Source: Octopus bimaculoides
Taxonomy: Eukaryota
Assembly (NCBI RefSeq): GCF_001194135.2
Contig: NC_069001.1
Coordinates: 33,585,285 to 33,649,284 of the forward strand
Direction of reading: 5' to 3'
DNA length: 64,000 nucleotides
Below the pieces are notes generated by a model. The model had not been told where the DNA came from. It made no database searches and saw nothing but the letters and a program-made list of their open reading frames with translations. Shown here piece by piece: positions 54,338 to 64,000 of this stretch; positions within the stretch are counted from its first letter, which is position 1, and each line of letters begins with the position of its first letter. A program made the position numbers and the translations under genes.

Positions 54338-54900
54338 GGCATACCTACATAATTCTACCCCCCACTGACTTTGTTCCTTCATAATTTTCAAAAAATATAT
54401 ATTTTGATGAAGTTTTCTACAAATACGCTTCAGGTATTGTAGATTCTGTTTATATGAAATTTATTGTAAGAAAATTGTTTTCTTCCCAGAGCAGGAAGGG
54501 AAGTTTCGGAAAATTCACACGAGTTGGTTTTGTTTCCTCATAACTTTCAGAAAAATGGGTTAAAATGGAAATGAAATTCTCTACAAATGCTTTTCGGAGT
54601 ATGCAGATGACGATCATATTGGAAATCAATGTGAAACACGACGGGCGCGTACAGTCATACTAACACATCATAATTCTTTCAAAATTTCAAGATTCATTCT
54701 GTAAACATACTGAATGTGTGTCAGTGTGTATCAGTGGGGCCCATCACTTTTTTTTTTTTTTTTTTCATATTAAATTAATCGTAATCTACACCATCTGAAA
54801 AGCACTTGTAGAAAATTTCATAAAAATATACCCATTTTTCTGAAAGTTATGAGGAAACAAAGTCCGGGGGAAGGGGGAGGCACACTTGTGAAGGTATGCC
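54338..54900. mobile_element. Non-autonomous foldback/TIR element with about 85-bp inverted arms
   Basis: 54528-54614 is the inverted complement of 54778-54861 (ttcctcataactttcagaaaaatgggt / acccatttttctgaaagttatgaggaa). A third, diverged arm at about 54338-54450 starts ggcatacct, mirrored by aggtatgcc at about 54892-54900. Confidence 0.7.
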
Positions 54901-55961
54901 GATGTTAGATCAACCAAATACTTTTATTACAATCCTAATTAACGCGAGCAAAGAATAGCAGTAAACTAACCCAAGTATATTAAAAGTTGGCAGACGAGAT
55001 CGATCAACTGTGAATACACAAGACACATTGCATTCAACTTTGTCCTGGTTGTGGTTAGAACCACGAAGCCCATCGTATACCTTGCATTGTGTAGAAAGAT
55101 AATAATTGAGGTGTACCACACGTTTGTCACGAGAAATTATCATCGCAAACAGCTATATTTCCCAAGGAAAACTATTTCGTTACAAGTCATCAATCTCATG
55201 TGTTATTGCGCATATGACATGACGAACGTGAAAGTAACCCTGCTGTTATACACAGAGCATATTATTCAAAATCCGATTCAATTCGGTGACATTGGTCCCA
55301 CTGTTGAAACTGATGAAAGAACTCAGTCGGACACTAATATTTGCCATTCCATGAAAACTCGTTAGAGTCCAGGAAGTTAGTTAAGGTGTTTTTTTTTTCT
55401 GGTTGCATTAGATGATAGAATAAACGCAACGCTGTTAGATGTAGCGTAACATTCCTTTAGTGTTGAAAGCGATCTCTGGACGCTATACAAAACCATCAAT
55501 CTGATTAGTTTTAAGTACCCGATGATCAATTATTCCCGTCTTTGATCTACTTCCTCGTGCAACTACAAACCGTAAATGCAGTGGAATTATGTCAAGAGAA
55601 ATGAGATAGATGACATTTATCCTACATAATTAGAATCGATCTTTTAGTTTGGGGTGTTATACATTTTTAAATGATGAATTTAACAATATATTACAAGATA
55701 TTGGATTAGTTTTACAGGTTGTACGAAAAATAAACCAAATAAAACTTTATTGTCGCCCTCAATAATATTTATACAGATTGACCTGACCATAACACGGTAA
55801 ATGCACTTTCATCAGATCTTGGAAACGACAAAGCGCTCAAAAGTTGGACATTTATAATACTGATCGTAAAAGGATTTAAGTCCTACATCCATATCAGATT
55901 GAAAATGGTAAATTAAAAACCTAAACGGAAACAACGAAATGTACTTAGTTTCTCTATATAC

Positions 55962-56043
55962 GTTGCTGCAACAAGAGTCTGAACATAGATGACAAACAGT
56001 TGGTTGCTGCAACAAGAGTCTGAACATAGATGACAAACAGTTG
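55962..56043. repeat. Perfect 41-bp tandem duplication
   Basis: GTTGCTGCAACAAGAGTCTGAACATAGATGACAAACAGTTG x2. Confidence 0.95.
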
Positions 56044-57899
56044 GTGATGGTTGCTAAAAAAAAAAAAAAAAAATGACGTGGGACGTGTGATATTTCGTTC
56101 TCTTCACGAACATATGTGAAGAACTAAATTTAGCAACCGATAACATGTTGGGAGAATCTTATTCTTTGTAAAAATGAATTCTATATATTCATTTGAAAAA
56201 TTTTAGTATGTGAAATTTCCAATACGTTTAATAGTGACTGTTTTATAACCTTATGAAAATTATTTAAAAAAATAATAATGCACATAATTGTTGCAGCAGC
56301 ATAAATCAGAAATTAACTACATTTTACCATCTTCATTCCCGCTCTCATGTTTTCATTTTCTGTCTTTAAAGTTTCACTTTTTATCCAATCTGACACAAAA
56401 ATATGATGTAACCATGGTCCGTGTGCGATTCTGTCTCGTCTTTAACTTGGATCACAAGAAGGAAATGACGGAGAATGCAAAGCAAAGTGGACTCGAATGA
56501 GATTTGAACTCATAACCTAACTGAATACAGCAAAAAGTTTGTCCTAGAATCTTTATAAGTTACCATCAACTGGCCAAATAATTAGAGGGGGAAAAAGCAA
56601 CAGAAGATTAAACCATAGTTATGAAATTAAAGGAGTGAAATAATTAAATAACTTTAAAGTTGTCAACAACATCTGTTAATGTTGACAACTCAGCAGGAAC
56701 ATGTCCGGCCGGGATATTTGTAACAAAACTACCGAAATATTGATGTTATTAAACACAGACTCAACAATGAAGATAATATAAATAATACCGAATAACAATA
56801 TTGAAATATTTGAAAGAAGAAATACGTTCCCATTACTTACTGGGAAGTAAATACTGTTGGCCTAAAACAAGGTTAACCTTTTCACATGGCGCATCAAAGA
56901 GCGGTGTTACTTATAAAATAGTTCACCTGGAAAATATGTCTGTGTTAGTGTAAAACGTTTTTTCGTTATGCGATACGTTTTATAATTGCTGGTCAATAGT
57001 TTTACTTGTCTTTTCGCTCTTTTCCTCTATAATGTAAGACTTGCAGACAGCGCGTCGTCTAATGAAATTAATAAAGTTATGTACGTAAGAAGGGGCCGGC
57101 ATATTGGTTGTTTGTGAATGATGTGATTGATATAGCATTCGAAAAAGAAATCAATGAAAAAAACGAAGTCATCGATAGTTTTTTATTTCCAATGTGATAT
57201 TGTTTAATAAAATGATCCAGACCTGTTTGTTGGAAAGTCAAAGGACGTGATGATGCACAAGAGACAGAGAAACAGTTTTACAGAAGAACCGAAGAAAGTG
57301 GAAACTTCACAAGTGTGAAGTTTCACCTCACTGATGAAGCAAAAATTGTGAAGAGAAGAAAAGAGGAAAGCAGCGTAGTTTGGTGTATATATGTGTGAAG
57401 GAATTCTCCCCGGGTGGGGCGATTTTATGAAGATAGGATCTGTGTGTGTGGTGGGGAGACCCGGGTGATTGAGACGACAAATTCAAGGACTATCCAGGGT
57501 GCACACATCGTATCAACGCCACTGTGAGAAGTGAAACAATTTTTTTTGTTTGAGTTAAAATATTGGCTCCGATAAAAGCTTGTTAACGAACTTGTTGCTT
57601 TACCTCAGGCCTATCATATCTGTTCACGTGGGGTATCAAAAAGGACTTTAGCACTACATACTGATAATCCGTGCTACGTTACTGAAAACTATATGATCGA
57701 CTGTGGCATCCATTTATAGGAAATTAAGAGATTTCTCATTAGGACGATAGCGATGATGAATTCTAAGAAAATTTTCCTTTTATATTGTATATAACAACAG
57801 AAAATGGACTTCTGAAAGATAGAATTATCTACAGTCAATCGTCGTCACTATGTTCATAGCTTTGGAATGATTTGATAATCATCCCCCCATATTGGTCGG

Positions 57900-60540
57900 A
57901 TTTTCGCTTTGGTTCACCATTTATTTTGACCAATTCCTTTCCATTTCAAGTACCTTTTCCCAGTATCTTTGTATCTCAGTCTAGGTCTTCCATGTTTTTT
58001 TCAATTCCATTGTTGGGAGTCAAGGAATTGTCTGAGGAGTCTGTTGTTGTCCATCTTGTGTACGTAGCCCAACCAACATAAATTTCTATCAATGAGGATT
58101 TTCGTCATTAGAGGCAGGCCAGCACGCCGTATGATCTCTTCGTTCTTGATCTTGTCAAAAACACTGGGAAAAACACAACAGGGATGCTACCACAACGAGA
58201 TAAACATGTTAACTGAGCGAGCGGAGGTTGCGCATGTTGGGAGAACGTGCGAGCTCAGCGCCGAATTTGCGGTCGCTTGTATGAAACTTGTTCGTTCTGC
58301 AGATTTCTGCTCGCATTTCAAGACAAAAGTTCGCACAAGTCTCGGCTCGTACAGCAAATTACTCATACAATGGTGCACTCGTAGTGCGAGGTTCTACTGT
58401 AATTGCTTTTCCATAAATTTTAAACGTATAAATCTATATTAAGAAAATAGATTTTATTCAAAACCAGTTTTTAAATTAGACAACCTTTATTCTACTTCTT
58501 CTGTAAATAGTGTATATTTCAATAAGCTTCTTGTGCCATTTTTACCTATTTTTTCACTTGTGCCATTTTGACCGTTCACCTCTGGATGTAAATTTCCACT
58601 CCAACTTCCTCGAACGCAACTTCCATAACAGCGAGAGANNNNNNNNNNGGGGGGGGGGGCAGTGCTGGATTAAATACGCGCCCTTGTTTAATTCCATCTG
58701 TCATCGCAAACTCGCTTGAGATATTACTATCTTGTACTACAAATGCCTGAATTCCTTTGTGCAGGGATCTGATCAAATTGACGAACCTTCGAAAACATCT
58801 GTTTCTTAAGAACCACCCAAAGTCCATCACAGAAAAGAAGTGGGTAAATTGGTGGAATGCGATGATGGAACAGAAGGAAAAGGCGAAGTCGGAAGGAAAG
58901 ATAATCGGAAAGGCAGAATTTAAAAATATTAGAACAATACTTTTTTCTACAGAAAGAGTTTAGAAGCGGAAAAAGCGATAGCCAAAATAAAAGGATTAGT
59001 AAGGCTGAAATTAGAACCCGGAACGTTTGAAGAAGAAACGGTAGAGATGGACTATATGTAATCTGAACTTTTCTCCCCCTTATTTATTAATTTTTTTTTT
59101 ACGGAATCCCACGTTTTAGGCTATGGAGATTCCGATTCTGANNNNNNNNNNNNNNNNNNNNNNNNNNNNNNNNNNNNNNNNNNNNNNNNNNNNNNNNNNN
59201 NNNNNNNNNNNNNNNNNNNNNNNNNNNNNNNNNNNNNNNNNNNNNNNNNNNNNNNNNNNNNNNNNNNNNNNNNNNNNNNNNNNNNNNNNNNNNNNNNNNN
59301 NNNNNNNNNNNNNNNNNNNNNNNNNNNNNNNNNNNNNNNNNNNNNNNNNNNNNNNNNNNNNNNNNNNNNNNNNNNNNNNNNNNNNNNNNNNNNNNNNNNN
59401 NNNNNNNNNNNNNNNNNNNNNNNNNNNNNNNNNNNNNNNNNNNNNNNNNNNNNNNNNNNNNNNNNNNNNNNNNNNNNNNNNNNNNNNNNNNNNNNNNNNN
59501 NNNNNNNNNNNNNNNNNNNNNNNNNNNNNNNNNNNNNNNNNNNNNNNNNNNNNNNNNNNNNNNNNNNNNNNNNNNNNNNNNNNNNNNNNNNNNNNNNNNN
59601 NNNNNNNNNNNNNNNNNNNNNNNNNNNNNNNNNNNNNNNNNNNNNNNNNNNNNNNNNNNNNNNNNNNNNNNNNNNNNNNNNNNNNNNNNNNNNNNNNNNN
59701 NNNNNNNNNNNNNNNNNNNNNNNNNNNNNNNNNNNNNNNNNNNNNNNNNNNNNNNNNNNNNNNNNNNNNNNNNNNNNNNNNNNNNNNNNNNNNNNNNNNN
59801 NNNNNNNNNNNNNNNNNNNNNNNNNNNNNNNNNNNNNNNNNNNNNNNNNNNNNNNNNNNNNNNNNNNNNNNNNNNNNNNNNNNNNNNNNNNNNNNNNNNN
59901 NNNNNNNNNNNNNNNNNNNNNNNNNNNNNNNNNNNNNNNNNNNNNNNNNNNNNNNNNNNNNNNNNNNNNNNNNNNTTGAAATTGAGATTTTTGAAAAATC
60001 TTTTCCAGAATCGGATAATCCATGGTCTGAAACATAGGATTCCGTGAAAAAAAAACAAAATTTAAAAGTGGGGGTATACCCAGATTACATATACTCCATC
60101 TCCACCCGTGAAAGAACCATAAACGATAACAAACTGTATAAGAAAACTGTTAAATGAAACTGCGAGCTTTGGGGGACTCGTAAGCCATTCCGTCATCATA
60201 TTGTAAGTTACTCATTTCATTTCATCATTCGCTTTATGTACCCCACGTTTTGTATTGTATTATCTGTCTTTGTAATGTCCCCCTCTTTATAATGAGGCCT
60301 TAGTGCCTATAAGAAAGGTTTCACAGATACTGTGAAGTCTGTGAACACATTGCATACATAGGCATGTTCTGCTTAACACATTTTTTCTGAACTTGACGAA
60401 GACAGATCGTGTCCACATTGATTATACCACACTGAGTCCCAGGCAAGACATTTGGACTGGTATACACATTTCGTCTGTTTAACAGGATACTAGTCAAGGT
60501 CTTTCCAGCTATTGATCTTAATTCAGCAATAATTTCACAA
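57900..60540 (-). mobile_element. Fragmented RTE-clade LINE interrupted by nested insertions
   Basis: 60330-60540: LRSIAGKTLTSILLNR..VLPGTQCG..CLRQVQKKCVKQN. 58570-58830: LIRSLHKG..EFAMTDGIKQG. 58187-58380: C-terminus LPTCATSARS. 57900-58160: DKIKNEEIIRRAGLP..WLGYVHKMD..GRPRLRYKD. Confidence 0.85.
59038..60109. mobile_element. TIR DNA element of about 1 kb spanning the assembly gap
   Basis: gagatggactatatgtaatctg (59044-59065) is inverted at 60081-60102 (21/22); inner arms ttttt..acggaatc..atgga..tccgattctg are mirrored on both sides of the N-run. TSD unresolved. Confidence 0.75.
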
Positions 60541-60834
60541 CTCATTATTTGAGGATATAAATTAAAATAAGACAGAAATGAAAAATAGTAAATATAACTG
60601 GTCTTAAGTTTACAAACTTAATCAAGACAAAGTTTGCGTGAGTTTGTAAAAATGTGACTTTTTTCCGAACCAAAATTGTGACTTTATTACTGTGACTTTT
60701 TTTTACCATTTTTTCCCCCTTCTCCGATGGACATCTAATCGTCACAAGAGGTTTGACCATCGATTGATCACCGGAAGAATGTAGTCGCCGAGACTCTGAC
60801 AGAACACATTATAACAATCCTTTCTGTTAAAGGA

Positions 60835-61030
60835 ACAAAGCCTGAAAGTTTGGGGAGGGAACGAGTCGGTTACATTGACTCCAGGACATAACTGGTGCTT
60901 ATTTTATCGGTTCCAAAAGGGTGAAAGGTAAGTCCACGAAGGAAATATTTGAAGTTAAAACGTAAAGTCGGAAAAAATGCTGCTAAGTATTTTGTTCGGC
61001 ATGCTAACAGCTTTGCCAGCTCGCTGCCTT
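60835..61030 (-). mobile_element. tRNA-derived SINE, several CpGs retained
   Basis: Same family core (tttatcgg..aaagggtgaaagg..aacgtaaagtcgg..gccagctcgctgcc). Confidence 0.7.
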
Positions 61031-61813
61031 TTGCCGATGTGCAATAGTAATCACAAAAGTTTTTAATCAGGGTAGATTCGAAAGTGTGGCTAGCTTACAA
61101 GTGACTGTTCCACTGTCATATTTTCTTTGGACCAAAACCGCGAAATTGTAAGTTTTTCACTCGAGATATTTACTTTTATTTTAGTCTTTCTTCAATTCAG
61201 TTTATTGGTTTCTTTAGCATTTATTTTATGTTTTCATTACTGGGTATTTATTTACTAGTTGTAATATCTTCTGTCATTGTTTTTCTCGTATTTAATTTCT
61301 AAATGTTAGTATTGACACTTCTTTTTTCTTCTAGTCCGTTGTCAGTTCTTAACTGAGCGCGAGTAAAATCATCAATTTTCCGGCTGTGACCATCTCGTCT
61401 GAATTTTTTCACCAGAGACAGTTGTCTAGAAGCCACATTTTCTAATATGTTGTTCGTTGAGAAGATTAAGTAGCTATTTTTAGCAGAATGTGGCTACATC
61501 GCCGTCACATGCGAGTGTTAGTCGGTTGTATAACCCCAGGTCGGCTATCTTCAACAAAACATGACATTTTTATCGCACGAACTGAAGAATAAAAGTAAAC
61601 AAAATTGTAGCGGAGGTATAGAGGCAATAAGTTTCATCATCATCTATATATAAACTTAACAAATATAAGACTTATCTTGTTATAAATTTGACTCTAGTCA
61701 AATGTCTCGCCTTCCATATATGTATGTTGTTTACGCCCTGATAATGCAGTTCTTTAATCAGAGGCATTCCGGACGTGACTACCTTATCCTTTTAGATGTA
61801 TGTAGGACAATAT

Positions 61814-61883
61814 GGTACTACTAAAGCAGCGCGGACCCGAACGTGCAGTCGCGCGTCCGGGTCCGCACTGCTTTAGTAGTACC
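61814..61883. mobile_element. 70-bp palindromic mini-transposon with a 9-bp TSD (Mutator-like MITE by TSD length)
   Basis: Arms GGTACTACTAAAGCAGCGCGGACCCG / CGGGTCCGCACTGCTTTAGTAGTACC (25/26); GGACAATAT at 61805-61813 and 61884-61892. Confidence 0.85.
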
Positions 61884-63758
61884 GGACAATATTTTCTTGT
61901 GTCTCCTTTAATTATTTAAGATGTTAGGTTGTTATTTGAGAGAGATTTTGCTACTCTTCCCAACAGGTCGAGCCTCTATGTAGAGGCTCTTCGTTGATTT
62001 GACCCTGTCTATTTTATATCCTTCAGGTTAGGTTCTGTCCTGACCAAACAGGTCCTCTTATTTTCGGGAATAGTGTACCCAGACTGTATTATCCCACTTG
62101 TCCTTTAATCTTAATAATATTGTGTTATTTGAAGGGTTTAGCTGCTATTTCTAGCAGATGGAGCAACCACGCTACTTCGTTAGCCCCTCTCCTGCTCTTG
62201 TCTGTCTAATTCAAGATAGTCATTGTCTTTTCAACTCCACACTGCAGCTTATTTGTTATCGCTTAGCCCCAAATAGTGTCGGATTGAACTAGGTTAAGAA
62301 CGACTTCGCAAAAGTAGTTCTTATCCAATAGACCTATGAAACAAGATATTCCGTCCATGACAAACCCATCGGTTTTGTCCTTTTTTTTAAGGCTATAGGG
62401 TATGATTTAACTGTTATTTTTAGTACGCCAACCGTGTAAACGCTTCATCATTGGCTGATCTATCTAATTTATAAAAATGGTTGTAGGAAATTATTCTGGC
62501 ACTTCTCCTGCACAGTGTTCATATGTTTAACCTTTTCCCTTCTTGTGGCACACAGGACATATTTCCCTGGCGTCCTTATCGTAGAAATGATTACCCATTC
62601 CCATTTTTATTCAACTAGCAGAGTATCTTGGGACTTATGAAAAGAAAGCTTTTTTTGGGGCAGGCAAAGGATTAATGTTGTGAACCAAGATAATTTAGTT
62701 AATTATAATTTTGCCCATACTGAGGAGAAAACCACCACCATTAACTTAATAATTAATTCTGGTCAATAATTATAATCCTAGTCTTATTTAGGAGCGAATA
62801 ATTATCATGACAGCTTCAATTGTAATCAGTGGCAGTGTGGTATAAATGTGTTTTAAATGGATTAGTGAAAGGAGGGAGAAAAACATCACTGACTTCTCTC
62901 AGACCATTGAGATTATCAGGGAAGAAGAAGCTATCCTCAGATCAGAGACCTGGAGTGAATATTTGCAAGAGGGGACTCTATTAAAGGCATTCAAGAGCTA
63001 GGTGGGTGTGTTAAACCAGGTAATGGATGAAGTCTATCATCCAGGAAGAGGCATGGACCTTCCAGTGGATCTTCACACTGTTTTGATTTTATTCTCAAAA
63101 CTGGTTGACTCATTGCTCATGGTAGAAGACATTTGCCCATGGTGCCAGTGTTGCAAAGCAAACTTCTGAGCAGCACTGCTATACGTAACTTGATCGCTCT
63201 CCCCCACCTTTTCTCTCTCTATTAGCATAGTTTGGAAGGGAAAAATGATAGACTTATAACACAGAGCAAAACTGGAAGTTCCTACGAGACTACTGCATAC
63301 TGATGGTTATGAACAAAGTTCCTGCAAGACTATACATACATACATACATTGTACAGGCCTTGACTGTGTGCTTAAGAAGTTCCCTTCTCAACCACATGGT
63401 TGTCAGTTTAGTCCTACTGTGTCTTGTTTGTGAGTGGATTTACAAGACAGAAACTGAAAGAAGCTTATCGTGTGTGTATGTGTCTGCCCTTGTCTTGGTA
63501 TTGTGTGATAGTTTTAAATGAATGTCATACAAGCGATATCCTTCATTTCCAATCTTCTCTTAAAACATGTTCAGTAATGGGGAAACATTACTTTACTTGG
63601 AAACAGGTGAAGTTTGGTGACAGGAAAGGCATCCAGTTGTAAAATCTGCTTCAAAAAATTCTAATCAACTCTTATGAGCAAAGAAAAGTGGATGTTAAAT
63701 GATGATGATGATACACACATATACACAATGTTATTTTGAATTCTTAAATTTCAGAAGA

Positions 63759-63969
63759 ATGGCTCGTAAAAGCCATAAACTCCCAGCAAAGGAAAGTTCT
63801 TCAAAAATGAGAAAACAGTGCAAAATTGAGCACTTTTTTAAGAAATCCCCTGAAAATCACTCTGGAGACAGAAAAGATGTCAATAGTGTTGAAGTTAAAA
63901 AGACTTGTAGCTCAGAATCTCCTGTGAATGTCCATAAAAGAAAACGAAATCCATCAAATGATTCAGAAG
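63759..63969 (+). CDS. Probable first coding exon of an unidentified nuclear PCNA-interacting protein (MARKSHKLPAKESSSKMRKQCKIEHFFKKSPENHSGDRKDVNSVEVKKTCSSESPVNVHKRKRNPSNDSE...)
   Basis: Acceptor aaatttcag ends at 63754, ATG at 63759, 70 open codons, donor G|gtaatg at 63970. PIP box QxxIxxFF at 63816-63839 and basic KRKR. The gene continues beyond the window. Confidence 0.7.
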
Positions 63970-64000
63970 GTAATGTAGTTTTGTGTTTTTGTTGTTTATT

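Noticed and set aside
57295-57345. Hammerhead ribozyme (GAAAC stem, then CTGATGA)
   Set aside because: Only about 5-8 nt lie between the putative cleavage site and CUGAUGA, too few for stem I, and there is no stem II followed by GAAA downstream.
59053-60093. TA target duplication (Tc1/mariner assignment) for the gap-spanning TIR element
   Set aside because: The inverted match extends beyond the TA dinucleotides (gagatgga/tccatctc), so the TA lies inside the TIR and the superfamily is undetermined.

Overview
AT-rich, microsatellite- and SINE-dense animal genomic DNA from a gapped draft scaffold (9 N-runs). The repeat landscape resembles Octopus/coleoid cephalopod DNA; this is inference, not verified. 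The one complete gene is a 12-exon UBA5 (UFM1-activating E1) on the + strand, 38943-48627. I spliced it by hand: all introns are GT-AG, the 1197-nt CDS stays in frame and gives 398 aa, and the GxGxxG, four Zn cysteines, catalytic Cys, UFM1/GABARAP-binding motif and C-terminal UFC1-binding helix are present. At the right edge (63759-63969) is the first coding exon of a second gene with a canonical PCNA-binding PIP box (QCKIEHFF) and an NLS-like KRKR; it is absent from the ORF track. The rest is repeats: tRNA-type SINEs, decayed LINEs (CR1, L2-like, RTE, R4/Dong-like RLE tails, a probable Penelope), a mariner remnant, hAT-Charlie MITEs, a 70-bp palindromic element with a 9-bp TSD, and a three-layer nested insertion around the 59-60 kb gap. 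SINE copies show position-dependent CpG decay, marking a probably methylated domain that runs about 6 kb past the UBA5 stop. I found no convincing new multi-gene system. Almost all supplied ORFs are microsatellite or N-gap artefacts.
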